A program made the translations under genes and the position numbers. A stretch of DNA of 64,000 nucleotides. Origin: an uncultured delta proteobacterium. GTDB taxonomy: Bacteria > Myxococcota > Myxococcia > Myxococcales > Myxococcaceae. Shown here piece after piece: positions 15,601 through 26,449 of this stretch. How positions within the stretch are numbered: position 1 is the stretch's first letter; each line of letters opens with the position of its first letter. Under the pieces are notes generated by a model, which did no database searches, was not told where the DNA came from, and worked only from the letters and a program-made list of their open reading frames with translations. The DNA is taken from positions 64,001 to 128,000 of the forward strand of contig CAVYSY010000002.1 in the NCBI GenBank assembly GCA_963771175.1, given 5' to 3'.

Positions 15601-16421
15601 GGAGAGCGTGCACCTCGGCCGCTTCCCGGAGCCGGACGCGAGCCGCGATCGACGAGGGCGCTCGCGCGCGAGATGCGCGCCGTGCGCGAGCTCGTGTCGC
15701 CTCGGCCTCCAGGTGCGCACGGCCAACAAGCTCAAGGTGCGCCAGCCGCTCTCGCGCGCGGACGTCGTCCTCTCGCGGCGCGAGCTGCACGGAGCGCGTG
15801 GCGCGTCTACCTGGAGCTCATCGCGGACGAGCTGAACGTCCACGAGGTGCGCTTCCTGGCGGCCGGGCAGCGAGGAGGCGGACGTGGTGCGCTACCGGTG
15901 CGGCCCAACCTGCGCGCGATGGGCAGCCGCCTGGGCCCCAAGCTGGCCCCGGTGCGCAAGGCCTTCGACGCCGCCGACGGCCGGCTGCTCCAGCGAGAGC
16001 TGTCGCGCGACGGGCAAGGTGGCGCTCAACATCGACGGCGAGCCCATGGTGTTCCCCGCCGAGGAGCTGGAGGTGCTGGTGGAGGCCACGCCCGGCTACG
16101 CCGCCGCGGGCGCGGGCGTGGGCGTGGTGGTGCTCCACACCGAGCTGACGGAAGCGCTCGTGGACGAGGGCCTGGTGCGCGAGCTGCTCGCCCGGGTGCA
16201 GGGGGCTCGCAAGGACATGGCACTCGGCTACACGGACCGCATCCGCCTGTGGGTGGACGGGGACGCGCGGGTGCTGCAAGGTGACGCAGGAGGCTCGCGA
16301 GTCCATCTCCCGCGAGACGCTCGCCTCGGAGCTGCACGTAGGCCCCGAGGGCCTCACCGGCCAGGAGGAGGAGCTCAACCTCAACGGCCTGCCCGCCCGC
16401 ATCCGCGTGGAGCGCGCCTGA
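12626..16421 (+). CDS. ileS: Isoleucine--tRNA ligase, type 2 (IleRS2), heavily frameshifted
   Basis: [82 protein letters not shown]; type-2 C-terminus (EGLVRELL...RKDM...YTDRI) with no Zn finger. Confidence 0.92.
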
Positions 16422-16747
16422 CTGGGGGTGCTCGCTAGCGCCGCTCCCGGGGGCGACAAGGCCGCTCGTACACTGGAGGCCTATCTCCCCCTGGCTTCCC
16501 AGGTGGCCAACAAATCACCCGGGAGAGGCCGCGGACCGGCAGGCTACGTGACTACGTGGAGCGCGTACTGGCCGCGCAGTCGGTTGCAGCCCACGAAGAA
16601 CGACCCTGAGGAGCGTCAGGCTTCATTCCACGCATCTGATCCCGGGGAACGCCTCTGGGGGTGAGCCCTTGCGCGCACGTCCGCTCATTCCCTTTCAACA
16701 CACGCTGTTCCATCCGAGGAGGCAACGATGACCCCCACACAACCCCA

Positions 16748-16856
16748 ATCGAGGAAGGCAGGGCCGAGCTCGACGCGGTGTTCCTGCCGCCCGTGGCGCA
16801 GGGAGACGTGTACCAGGCTGCGCTCGAACACCCCGAGGCCATCGGCATCATCGATG
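16748..16856 (+). pseudogene. Fragment of a TfuA-like protein (N-terminal part)
   Basis: Reads EEGRAELDAVFLPPVAQGDVYQAALEHPEAIGIID, the typical TfuA N-terminal LPP-x-x-x-GD...IGIID pattern; ends at the stop of the convergent gene. Confidence 0.6.
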
Positions 16857-16857
16857 C

Positions 16858-17895
16858 TCAGGGCGCGGGTTCCAACTGCTCCCGCTTGCGTTGGGCCTCC
16901 TCAATCTTCTTCACGTTCTCCTGGAGCTGATTGAGGAGCTGCGCGGGGGATTTGGACTGGGGGTCCTTGCCCGCACCGGATGACGCGGGGGTCTCCGGCT
17001 CGGACTCGGAGGGACTCGGCTCCCCTCCCCCGCTGTGGCTGCTCGCGGGAAGGATGCCGACCTCGGCCTCCACCGGTACCGCCCGGGAGCGGTAGCGGTC
17101 CGGAATCTCCTGGGTCGAACCCACGAAGTGGCTCGTCCCCTTGTCATCCTCGTACCGGTGCATGACGGAGGTGGTGGAGACGTGCTCCGCCCTGGTCGCG
17201 CCCGGGAAGCCCTCTCCATCAAAGCCCAGACGGAACGAGCGTCCGTCCGCGCTCTCCAGCTCAATCTCCGTCCCGCTGAAGGTGTAGCGCGGTGGCTCGC
17301 CCGAGAGGCCCGCCTGCCCCTTCACCCAGGCGAAGTGGACGGAGGGCGCCTGCGCCCAGGCTGGAGCGCTGACGAAGGCCCCGGCCGTCGTGCCCGTCAC
17401 GCGCAAGCCATGCTCGTACAGCGTGGCCACCTCCACGTCCTTCCAGTTCCCCTGGAGGGAAGCCGGGAGCGGCTCGAGCACGAGCACCCGCTTCCCATCC
17501 GGAGAGACGAACTTGAGCTGCTCCCGCGTCGCGATGCAGGTGTCCCACTGCCACACCACACTCGGCCCATCGAACAGCGACGATACCGTCGAGACGATGG
17601 TGCACCGGAGCGCCTTCCCATCCCGGCTCGCGGTCTGCCGGACCTCCGCGCGCCCGTTCTCGGAGCGCGCCGACCACGTCTGGTCGGGAAGCTCTTCCGC
17701 CGGAGCCGCCAGGGGCACGCCAGGCGCTTCCGGACTGGTCGGCTTCGCGTCGGGAGCCTCCGGACGAGTGGTGGACTTCGCTCCAGCAGTGGCCTGCTGC
17801 GCGTTGGCGGGAAGCTCGAGCACAATCGTCGGCTCGGATGAGGACTGCCGACAGCCGCCCAAGAGCAACACCACCGCCAGAGTCCTCCGTCGCAT
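16858..17895 (-). CDS. Putative lipoprotein with C-terminal DUF4124-like motif
   Basis: Lipobox signal MRRRTLAVVLLLGGC; motif HRYEDDKGTSHFV...IPDRYR. Confidence 0.7.
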   Translation of the reverse strand: MRRRTLAVVLLLGGCRQSSSEPTIVLELPANAQQATAGAKSTTRPEAPDAKPTSPEAPGVPLAAPAEELPDQTWSARSENGRAEVRQTASRDGKALRCTIVSTVSSLFDGPSVVWQWDTCIATREQLKFVSPDGKRVLVLEPLPASLQGNWKDVEVATLYEHGLRVTGTTAGAFVSAPAWAQAPSVHFAWVKGQAGLSGEPPRYTFSGTEIELESADGRSFRLGFDGEGFPGATRAEHVSTTSVMHRYEDDKGTSHFVGSTQEIPDRYRSRAVPVEAEVGILPASSHSGGGEPSPSESEPETPASSGAGKDPQSKSPAQLLNQLQENVKKIEEAQRKREQLEPAP

Positions 17896-17994
17896 GCGTT
17901 CCCCCGCGGCTCCGTGCCCGAAGGCTCAAGCGTACACGAGCCTTGACGGATGGGCCCTCGACAATCCACAACGCGCGCGCACCCGAGGGGACCC

Positions 17995-18867
<873 letters not shown>

Positions 18868-18909
18868 GGCAGAGGACTCCGCGCCTCCTCGCGAGGCGCT
18901 GAGCAGTCA

Positions 18910-18950
18910 GGGTCCGGAGCCGCGAGTCGGTTCCGGGCCCTTCGTTTTTT
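18910..18950 (+). terminator. Intrinsic terminator
   Basis: GGGTCCGGAGCCG / CGGTTCCGGGCCC stem followed by TTCGTTTTTT. Confidence 0.7.
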
Positions 18951-18961
18951 CCGTCCCCGGC

Positions 18962-19468
18962 TCACGCTCCCAGCGCGCGCATCCCCCCGGCGAGAACCCG
19001 CTGCTCATGCTCGAGCAGCCACCGCTTGGCGGGCACGCCGCCCGCGTACCCGGTGAGTGTCCCGTCCGAGCCCACCACCCGGTGGCACGGGACGACGATG
19101 GAGAGGGGGTTCTTCCCGTTCGCGGCACCGACGGCCCGCGCCGCGCCCGCCCGTCCGACATGGCGCGCGAGGTCTCCATAAGACCAGGTGACCCCCAGCG
19201 GAATCTCCCGGAGCGCCCTCCACACGGCCTGCTGGAACGGCGTCCCGGTCGGTTCGAGCGGAAGCTCGAAGGACACGCGCTCGCCGGCGAAGTACTCCTC
19301 CAACTGGCGCCGCGCGGCGAGCAGCACGGGGTGGTCCACCCGCTCGCTCGCGGTGAGCGTGGGAGCCCCTTTGTGGTTCTCCAGATAGATGGCCGTGAGC
19401 GCACCTTCCGTCGCGAAGAGACGAAGGGGCCCCACCGGGCTCTTCAGGGTCGTGGTGAACAGCATCAT
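18962..19468 (-). CDS. ogt: Methylated-DNA--protein-cysteine S-methyltransferase
   Basis: [22 protein letters not shown] and active-site PCHRV. Confidence 0.95.
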   Translation of the reverse strand: MMLFTTTLKSPVGPLRLFATEGALTAIYLENHKGAPTLTASERVDHPVLLAARRQLEEYFAGERVSFELPLEPTGTPFQQAVWRALREIPLGVTWSYGDLARHVGRAGAARAVGAANGKNPLSIVVPCHRVVGSDGTLTGYAGGVPAKRWLLEHEQRVLAGGMRALGA

Positions 19469-20922
19469 CCGCCTGCTCCTTCAGAGAGAGAGGTCCAGAG
19501 GTGTACGGCCGCATAGGCGCGCCAGGGTCGCCAGGCCTCGGCCCGCGCGGCGGTCTCCTTCGCCGACAGACCTCCGAGTGCCTTGCGAATCCCGAGGTCG
19601 CTCGCGGGAAACGCATCGGGCCAGCGCAGGGCCCGCATGGCGACGTAGTGCGCCGTCCAGGGACCGATGCCCGGCAACTCCTCGAGCGCCGCCATCGTGG
19701 CGTCGACATCGACGTGCCGCTCCAACCGTACCGAGCCCTCCGCGACGGCCCGAGCCACGGCCAGCAGGCTCCTCGCGCGTGCGCCGGGAAGTCCCAACGT
19801 GGCCACGTCGTCCTCCGTCAACGCCGCCAACTCCTCCGGCGACGGGAAGAGCCGGGAGAGCTCCGCATGAGGCGTGTCGAGGGGCTCGCCGAATCGCGCG
19901 ACGAGCCGCCCGCTCAGCGTGGTCGCTGCCCGGACGGAGACCTGCTGCCCGAGGATGGCACGCACCGTCATCTCGAACGGGTCGAAGGCCCCCAGCACGC
20001 GAAGCCCCGGATGCGCCTGGACCTGCTTCGCGAGGAGCGCGTCTCTCCCGAGGCACTCCGCGATGACCGTCGGCTGGGCGTCCAGGTCGAAGAGCGTCCG
20101 CAGCCGCGCGGCCACCGGCATCAGCACTCCCGCCAGCGAGAGCGAGACCTCCGCCAGGAGCGCGGGGCGCTTGCCGTCATGCCGGACGGTAAGCCAGCCC
20201 TGGGTGCCACCCAGCCGCACCGTGCGCCGGTATTCCGAGTCCCCGACGTACTCGACTCCGGGGATGGCGCGTCCGCGCAGGAAGGTCAGGAGCTGTTCCC
20301 AGTCCAGCGGCGGGCGATAGTCCAACCGGAGAACAAGCGAGCGAGAAACCTCCGCCTCGTCATGCTCCCGCCGGAGCGAGGAGGGAGCCCTACCGAAGCG
20401 CTCCTGGAAAAGCGCGTTGAAGCGCCGGACGCTCTGGAAGCCACTCGCGAAGGCAACCTCGGCCAGCGGGAGCGCGGTGTCCTGGAGAAGCTGCTTCGCC
20501 AGCGCGAGCCGCCGCGACTGAGCCAGCTCGACCGGAGAGACCCCGAGCTCCGTCTCCATGGCCCGGCGCAGGTGCCGGTCCGTGACGCCCAGCTCCGCCG
20601 CGAGCTCCTCAATGGAGGACTCGTTGAGGAAACCGCCCTCGATGCGGGAGACCGCGGCCGCGACGAGCCTCGGCACCGAGTCGACCGGCGCGCTGCCCGG
20701 GGCCAGCTCGGGGCGGCACAGGAGACAGGCCCGGAAGCCCGCGCGCTCGGCCTCGGCGGCCGTGCGGTAGAACGAGCACCGCTCCTGGCGGGGCGTCCTC
20801 GCCGTACACACCGGCCGGCAGTAGATGCCCGTGGTCGATACGCCCACGAAGAAGAGCCCGTCGAAGCGCCGGTCGCGCGCGGACAGGGCCCGGTAGCAGG
20901 TCTCGGTCTCCAGCGTCTGCAT
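19465..20922 (-). CDS. alkA: Ada/AlkA fusion: Ada metal-binding + AraC HTH + DNA-3-methyladenine glycosylase II
   Basis: [45 protein letters not shown] and DAFPASD. Confidence 0.92.
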   Translation of the reverse strand: MQTLETETCYRALSARDRRFDGLFFVGVSTTGIYCRPVCTARTPRQERCSFYRTAAEAERAGFRACLLCRPELAPGSAPVDSVPRLVAAAVSRIEGGFLNESSIEELAAELGVTDRHLRRAMETELGVSPVELAQSRRLALAKQLLQDTALPLAEVAFASGFQSVRRFNALFQERFGRAPSSLRREHDEAEVSRSLVLRLDYRPPLDWEQLLTFLRGRAIPGVEYVGDSEYRRTVRLGGTQGWLTVRHDGKRPALLAEVSLSLAGVLMPVAARLRTLFDLDAQPTVIAECLGRDALLAKQVQAHPGLRVLGAFDPFEMTVRAILGQQVSVRAATTLSGRLVARFGEPLDTPHAELSRLFPSPEELAALTEDDVATLGLPGARARSLLAVARAVAEGSVRLERHVDVDATMAALEELPGIGPWTAHYVAMRALRWPDAFPASDLGIRKALGGLSAKETAARAEAWRPWRAYAAVHLWTSLSEGAGG

Positions 20923-21069
20923 GATGGGGCTTTCGTAGCGTGGACGAACACCCCTGTCTGGCCGTTTTCGGACCTGACCGCGAAAATCGGGTCCCGGGTC
21001 TACCTGGAGCAAGTGGCTCGCCAAGCGCTCCCTCACAAGATGCCGTGAGGCCCGAGCCTCCCGCCGGAA

Positions 21070-21996
21070 TCACTCCGGCCGCGCTGCTCCACCCGCCTCG
21101 GGGGCCGGCGCCCGCCCGGCGAGCGCCCGCGCCTCCTCGACGCTCGCCGCACAGCGGAAGCCGAAGTGGTGGAAGACGGGCCGGTTCGCCGGCATGTGCG
21201 ACCGCCGGTACACCGTCGTCGCGTACGAAGCCGGCCAGAACCACGAGCCGCCTCGCACCACCTTCTCGGTGTGGCCCGCACAGGGCTCCCGGCCCTCGCA
21301 CGGGCCCTTCGGCTCCACCCCGAGGCACGCCGCGCCACAGTCCTTCCACGACGGCGTGAACCAGTCCGCCACCCACTCCCAGCCATTGCCCGCCATGTCG
21401 TAGAGCCCGAATGGGTTGGGAGCCCGCGAGCCCACTGGCTCCGGGCGTCCCACGTCCGCGTGCGTCTTCGAGCGCTGCTTCTTCCCGCAGCTCCGTCCCC
21501 GCGCGTCCATGATGACCGCGCGCTCGCAGGTGGCCGGCTCGTCACCCCACGGATAGAGCCGCCCGTCCGTGCCCCGCGCCGCCTTCTCCCACTGGGCCTC
21601 CGTCGGCAGGTGCTTGCCCTGGGCCTCGCAGTAGGCCTTCGCGTCGTACCAGCTCACCCCGCTGATGGGCTGCTGGGGGTTGTCGAAGTCGCGGTAGTTG
21701 GGCCCCGCCTTCCGGCACCGCCCCGCCTTCTCGCACGCCTTGTAGGCGCCGTAGGTCACCTCGTGGGTGTCCATGTAGAAGGTCTGCACCCAGACCGTCG
21801 CCTGGGGCCGGGCCGGCGCGTGGCGCCCTCCGTTCACGCCTCGGAGGAAAGGGCCACCGGGGATGCAGGCCAGGCCCGATGGCGTCGCTTCGAGACAGGG
21901 CAGCGGCTCGGGAGCGCCGGGGAACGTCTCCTCCGCCCCCGCCCCATGCGCGAACAGGAGCACGAGCACGAGGGCGGACGCCCTCACCGCGCTCAC
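21070..21996 (-). CDS. Secreted formylglycine-generating enzyme (SUMF1) family protein
   Basis: Signal peptide; FYMDTHEVT, LPTEAQWEKAARG, PNPFGLYDMAGN, VVRGGSW and GFRCA. Confidence 0.88.
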   Translation of the reverse strand: MSAVRASALVLVLLFAHGAGAEETFPGAPEPLPCLEATPSGLACIPGGPFLRGVNGGRHAPARPQATVWVQTFYMDTHEVTYGAYKACEKAGRCRKAGPNYRDFDNPQQPISGVSWYDAKAYCEAQGKHLPTEAQWEKAARGTDGRLYPWGDEPATCERAVIMDARGRSCGKKQRSKTHADVGRPEPVGSRAPNPFGLYDMAGNGWEWVADWFTPSWKDCGAACLGVEPKGPCEGREPCAGHTEKVVRGGSWFWPASYATTVYRRSHMPANRPVFHHFGFRCAASVEEARALAGRAPAPEAGGAARPE

Positions 21997-23054
21997 TGCA
22001 CCGCCTCTTCACGCCTCGTCCGCGACAGGCCCCGCCCCTTCTTCGTCTTCTTCACCGACTGCTTCGCCAGGAGCCGCTGCTTCACCGCCTCGCGAGCCTC
22101 CTCGGGCCCGATGTCGAGCCGCGACAGCCCGTACACCGTGCTGGCGGCGGGCGCGTACCGGAGCATCGTGCGCACGTCCCTCGTCTTCGCGTCCCCCAGC
22201 CAGGAGATGAAGCTCGCGCCCGACTGCGTGTTGTAGTGGTAGTAGGTGCCCTTCACGTGCGAGATGCCCCGCTGGCCGCTCGTGCGGACCACGACGCTGT
22301 GCTCGTCCAGGGGCAGCTCGCGGATGTTGCGCCGGTACCTCGCGTCGTACGGGAAGTACTGCTCGGCGTTCGAGAGGTAGAGCACCCCCACCTTCATCCC
22401 CGTCTGCGCCACCGCCCGGCCCACGGCGCTCACGGTCCGCTGGGCGGTGAGGTCCCCCCGCACCATGAAGACCTTGTCCTCGAGGACGAGGCGGCGGATG
22501 TGCGCGTACTCGTCGGCATCCACGACGAAGCACGGCAGGGATGCCTTCGCCATCTGCTCCACCACGCGATTGAGGCGCCGATCCACCGCCCAGCGGGCCG
22601 TGCCATAGGCCCGGAGCGCACTGGCCCGCTCCTTCGGGTCCGCGTAGCCCTCCTGGATGAGGCGGCGCACCTCCGGGCGGCTCTCGAGCCGCCACAGGCG
22701 CAGGAAGTCCGCGGGCGTCTCCGCCGCGCGGAAGAGGACACGGTAGACGCGGTGCAGGTCCACGATGGACTGGTCGAAGTCCATGAGCACGAGGACCTCG
22801 GCACGCGCCCAGGCGCCCAGCAGGTAGTTCTGGTCGGAGCCCACGCCCACGTAGACGCCGCCCTTGTCCTTCACCGCGTCATGGAAGAGGTGGAGCTCGT
22901 TCTCGTTGGAGATCCAGTAGTGGTTGCCACGCACGAGCTCCTCGGGGGCCGGATCGGCGGGCAGGCTCGCGAAGGCGGCGAGGGTCGGCTCGCTGGCGAG
23001 GCTCAGGGACGACACCAGGGCGACAAGAAGGGCGAGGACACGCATCGCGGGCAT
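21993..23054 (-). CDS. Secreted conserved hypothetical protein with possible SAM-binding-like fold
   Basis: Signal peptide; YWISNE, GGVYVGVGSDQNY, VLMDFD and LYLSNAEQY; overlaps the start of the FGE gene (GTGA). Confidence 0.65.
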   Translation of the reverse strand: MPAMRVLALLVALVSSLSLASEPTLAAFASLPADPAPEELVRGNHYWISNENELHLFHDAVKDKGGVYVGVGSDQNYLLGAWARAEVLVLMDFDQSIVDLHRVYRVLFRAAETPADFLRLWRLESRPEVRRLIQEGYADPKERASALRAYGTARWAVDRRLNRVVEQMAKASLPCFVVDADEYAHIRRLVLEDKVFMVRGDLTAQRTVSAVGRAVAQTGMKVGVLYLSNAEQYFPYDARYRRNIRELPLDEHSVVVRTSGQRGISHVKGTYYHYNTQSGASFISWLGDAKTRDVRTMLRYAPAASTVYGLSRLDIGPEEAREAVKQRLLAKQSVKKTKKGRGLSRTRREEAVQ

Positions 23055-23163
23055 GATAGCGCGCCCAGAGGAGTCGTCCGCCCTTCCTCTTGGGCCGGGA
23101 GCAAGGGAGCGCTACGCTCGGCGCGGTTCTCCCGGGACTCCCCGTCCGCCCGAGGCTCACGGC

Positions 23164-24801
23164 ATGTCGGCGTATCTCTTCGCCTCCTCGGTGGTCGCGC
23201 TCATCGTGGCGCTCTTCAATGGCCTGCTGGCCGGCTACGTCCTCGCCTCCGCCCGGGGTGACGGACGCAAGCTGTCGTTCGCCTGCGGTCCCGCGGGGGT
23301 GGCCCTCTTCGCCACCGCGTGGTTCGTCGTCCTCCTGGAGCCCCAGGCCCGGGAGTCCGTCCGCGTGGCCGTCGGGCTCGCCTCGCTGCTGTCCGTCTCC
23401 GGCTTCGTCGTCGATGCCCTCGTCGACCTCGGCCCCACCCCGGCGCGTCGGCGCCTCCTCGTGGCGCTCGTCCCACTGGGACTCAGTGTCCTCGGGCTGT
23501 CGGCCGCGGCCTCGGTGGCGCTCGACCAGCCGCTCCTGGCGCTGCTCCCGCAGATGCTGGCGCTCGTCCTCGTGGGCCTCCTCGGCGCGGTCCGTCTCGT
23601 CCTCCGCCGGCACGAGAACGCGGCCGTGCGGCGGCTCTCACGACATATCGTGGCGCTCATCGGCGTCTCGCTGCTCGTCTGTGGCATCCGCACGGTCTAC
23701 GAGCTGACCCAGGGCGGGCCCGCCGGCAACGGGGTGCTCCTGTGCGTCATCCTCGTCGCCGAGCTGGTGACGCTCAGCTACACCCTCCACGAGCGCATCT
23801 CCGTCCAGCTCCCCGTCTCGCGGGCCCTCACCCACGCCGTGCTCACCATCGGAGCGGCCTTCGCGGTGGTGGCCGTCCTCCGGACCGTGGGCTACGCGGT
23901 GGACCTCGTCCAGGTGTCGGTCGCGGTGGCGGTGACGCTCCTGGCCTCGCTGCTCTTCATCGGCCTGGGTGAGCAGCTCGATCGGGCCCTGGAGCAGCTC
24001 CTGTTCCCCAAGCAGGCGCGGCTCTCCGGGCTCCTGGAGGCCTCGCGGTCCGAGGCGGCGGTGCTGCGCAGCCGTCTGGAGCGGGCCGAGCGGCTCGCCA
24101 TCGCCGGAGAGCTGGCCGCGGCCATCGCCCACGAGGTGAAGAACCCCCTGACGGCGGTGCGCGGCTACGCCGAGCTGCTCGCGGGCCAGGCCGAGCATGT
24201 CCTCCCCGAGCACCGGGCCCGGTTCGAGAAGGCGGTCCGCATCATCAGCGAGGAGAGCGATCGCATCGACGCGCGGGTGGCCGAGCTGCTGAACCTCGGG
24301 CGGACGCCCCGAGGGGAGAAGGACGGGAGCCCCCTCGACGTGTCGCGCCTGGCCCTGGAGGCGATGGCGGTGGCCGAGGGGGAGCCGGACTTCCCCACGC
24401 TCGTCCCGCGGTTGGAGCCGTTCCTGCGGGTGGTGGGAGACGAGGACGCGCTGCGCGGCGTGCTGCTGAACCTGCTGAAGAACGCCGCCGAGGCGATGCG
24501 GGACACGAGCGGCGGACGCATCGAGGTGCGGACCTGGAGCGAGGAGGGGCGCGTGCTCGTCGAGGTGCGCGATGAGGGCAAGGGGCTCGGCGAGGTGGAC
24601 CGGGATCAGCTCTTCCGGCCCTTCTACACGACGAAGGCGGACGGGACCGGGCTGGGGCTGGCCATCTCGCGCTCGGCCCTGGATGCGATGAGCGGCAAGC
24701 TGAGCCTCCAGCCCCGCCAGGACGGGCCGGGCGCGGTGGCCCGGGTGGAGCTGCCCATGGCGCCGGTGGCGACCCGCCCGGCACGGGAGGACGTGAGATG
24801 A
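23164..24801 (+). CDS. Membrane sensor histidine kinase
   Basis: Multiple TM segments; H box IAHEVKNPL, NLLKNAAEA, DEGKG, PFYTTK and GTGLGL. Confidence 0.9.
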   Translation: MSAYLFASSVVALIVALFNGLLAGYVLASARGDGRKLSFACGPAGVALFATAWFVVLLEPQARESVRVAVGLASLLSVSGFVVDALVDLGPTPARRRLLVALVPLGLSVLGLSAAASVALDQPLLALLPQMLALVLVGLLGAVRLVLRRHENAAVRRLSRHIVALIGVSLLVCGIRTVYELTQGGPAGNGVLLCVILVAELVTLSYTLHERISVQLPVSRALTHAVLTIGAAFAVVAVLRTVGYAVDLVQVSVAVAVTLLASLLFIGLGEQLDRALEQLLFPKQARLSGLLEASRSEAAVLRSRLERAERLAIAGELAAAIAHEVKNPLTAVRGYAELLAGQAEHVLPEHRARFEKAVRIISEESDRIDARVAELLNLGRTPRGEKDGSPLDVSRLALEAMAVAEGEPDFPTLVPRLEPFLRVVGDEDALRGVLLNLLKNAAEAMRDTSGGRIEVRTWSEEGRVLVEVRDEGKGLGEVDRDQLFRPFYTTKADGTGLGLAISRSALDAMSGKLSLQPRQDGPGAVARVELPMAPVATRPAREDVR

Positions 24802-26243
24802 CGATGAACGCCGCGGTGGACGGACCCGAGGTGGCGCTCGTGGAGGACGAGCGCAACGTGCGCGAGCTCTACCTGGACGTGCTGGGCGCGCGGGGCTTCA
24901 CCGTCGTCCCGCTCGAGTCGGTGGCGGCCGCGGAGGCGTACCTCTCCCGGCGTGCGCCGGACCTCCTGCTGCTCGACGTGAAGCTGGGCGATGGCGATGG
25001 ACTGGTGTTGCTCGACAAGCTGCGCAAGCAGGGGCTCCGCACGCCCGTCATCGTCATGACCGCGTTCGGCACCGTGGAGCGAGCGGTCCAGGCACTGCGC
25101 GCGGGCGCGGCCGACTTCCTCGTCAAACCCTTCAGCAACGAGCGGCTGCTCTCCGCGGTGGCGACGGCGCTGGAGGCGGGGCGCCGGCTGGTGGAGCTGG
25201 AGCTGGCCGCCCCCACACTGGCCCCGAGCACGGAGGCCGGTCGCGCGCTCATCGGCGTCGACGGGGGCTTGAGGGATGTGGCCGCGCTCCTGCCCCGGGT
25301 GGCCGCCTCCGATGCCACCGTCCTCATTCGAGGCGAGTCCGGCACCGGCAAGGAGCTCGTCGCCCGCGCCATCCACGCCGCCTCGTCACGGCTCGACGGG
25401 CCGTTGATCTCCGTCAACTGCTCGGCCCTGCCGGCCTCCCTGCTCGAGTCCGAGCTCTTCGGCTTCGAGCGCGGCACCTTCACCGGGGCCCACGCCCGGC
25501 GCAAGGGGCTCATCGAGACGGCGGAGGGCGGCACGCTCTTCCTCGATGAGATTGGCGACATGCCGCTGGAGGCCCAGTCACGGCTGCTCCGGGTGCTGCA
25601 GGAGCGGGAGCTCCTCCGCGTCGGCGGGCGGGAGGCGGTGAAGGTGAACATCCGCGTCATCGCCGCCACCCACCGGGACCTGGACGCCCTGGCCGCCAAC
25701 GGGCAGTTCCGCTCGGACCTCCTTTACCGGCTGGCGGTGATTCCCCTCCATCTGCCGCCCCTGCGCGAGCGCGTCCAGGATCTCCCCGGCCTCATCGAGC
25801 ACTTCCTCCAGAAGCACGCGGCGCTGAAGAAGCTCCCGCCTCCCCGCCCTGACGCGGAGCTCCTGCGGCGCGCCACCACCTACCCCTGGCCCGGCAACGT
25901 GCGAGAGCTGGAGAACTTCGTCGAGCGCGCCATCGTGCTCGGCCGGTTCGATCCGGAGTCGCTCCGGACCCCACCGGCTCCGAAAGCGGCGCCCGTCCCC
26001 GCTCCAGCGGATGCCCCCGAGCCCTCCGAGCCCGAGACGGCGCCCGTGCCGCCGGAAACCACCGCCACCGTCCCGACACTGCGCGAGGCGGTGGCCCGGG
26101 CGGAGCGCGCGGCAGTCATCGCGGCGCTCCAGGCGGCCAAGGGGCAGAAGACCGTCGCCGCGAGGCTGCTCGGGGTGAGCTACAAGACCCTCTTCAACAA
26201 AATCCACGAGCACGACATCCGCGAGGAGCTGCACATCGGCTGA
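24798..26243 (+). CDS. Sigma-54-dependent response regulator (NtrC family enhancer-binding protein)
   Basis: Receiver domain, GESGTGKE, ESELFG...GTFTGA, LFLDEIG, WPGNVRELEN, Fis-type HTH; ATGA overlap with the kinase. Confidence 0.95.
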   Translation: MTMNAAVDGPEVALVEDERNVRELYLDVLGARGFTVVPLESVAAAEAYLSRRAPDLLLLDVKLGDGDGLVLLDKLRKQGLRTPVIVMTAFGTVERAVQALRAGAADFLVKPFSNERLLSAVATALEAGRRLVELELAAPTLAPSTEAGRALIGVDGGLRDVAALLPRVAASDATVLIRGESGTGKELVARAIHAASSRLDGPLISVNCSALPASLLESELFGFERGTFTGAHARRKGLIETAEGGTLFLDEIGDMPLEAQSRLLRVLQERELLRVGGREAVKVNIRVIAATHRDLDALAANGQFRSDLLYRLAVIPLHLPPLRERVQDLPGLIEHFLQKHAALKKLPPPRPDAELLRRATTYPWPGNVRELENFVERAIVLGRFDPESLRTPPAPKAAPVPAPADAPEPSEPETAPVPPETTATVPTLREAVARAERAAVIAALQAAKGQKTVAARLLGVSYKTLFNKIHEHDIREELHIG

Positions 26244-26257
26244 CGGCCTCGCACCTG

Positions 26258-26271
26258 TGTAACGCCTTACA
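26258..26271. promoter_or_regulatory. Candidate upstream activating sequence for the sigma-54 activator
   Basis: Palindrome TGTAA-N4-TTACA about 130 bp upstream of a -24/-12 promoter. Confidence 0.5.
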
Positions 26272-26345
26272 TACCCCTGTCGCGGAACACCCAGGTGGGG
26301 TCGAGCTGTCCGCGCGCCACGGAGTAGGAGAACGGGGGCGGAGAA

Positions 26346-26375
26346 CCTCACCGCGAACCTCTCCCGAGGGAGAGG
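26346..26375. repeat. Degenerate REP/boxC-like element
   Basis: CCTCACC...CCTCTCCC-GA-GGGAGAGG hairpin; similar to the copy at 60448. Confidence 0.4.
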
Positions 26376-26392
26376 AGGGATCGCCCACCTCG

Positions 26393-26408
26393 GGGCACGG
26401 GGCTTGCT
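26393..26408 (+). promoter_or_regulatory. Sigma-54 (-24/-12) promoter
   Basis: GGGCACG-GGGC-TTGCT matches GGCACG-N4-TTGC with exact GG-N10-GC spacing. Confidence 0.7.
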
Positions 26409-26449
26409 GAGGCCTCGGGCGCGCAATGACGCGCACTCGAGGAGACCTC

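Noticed and set aside
12626..16421. ileS, hemE, fadI and fadJ as true pseudogenes or programmed frameshift genes
   Set aside because: All catalytic motifs are present and the indels are scattered without slippery-site logic; sequencing or consensus error is more likely
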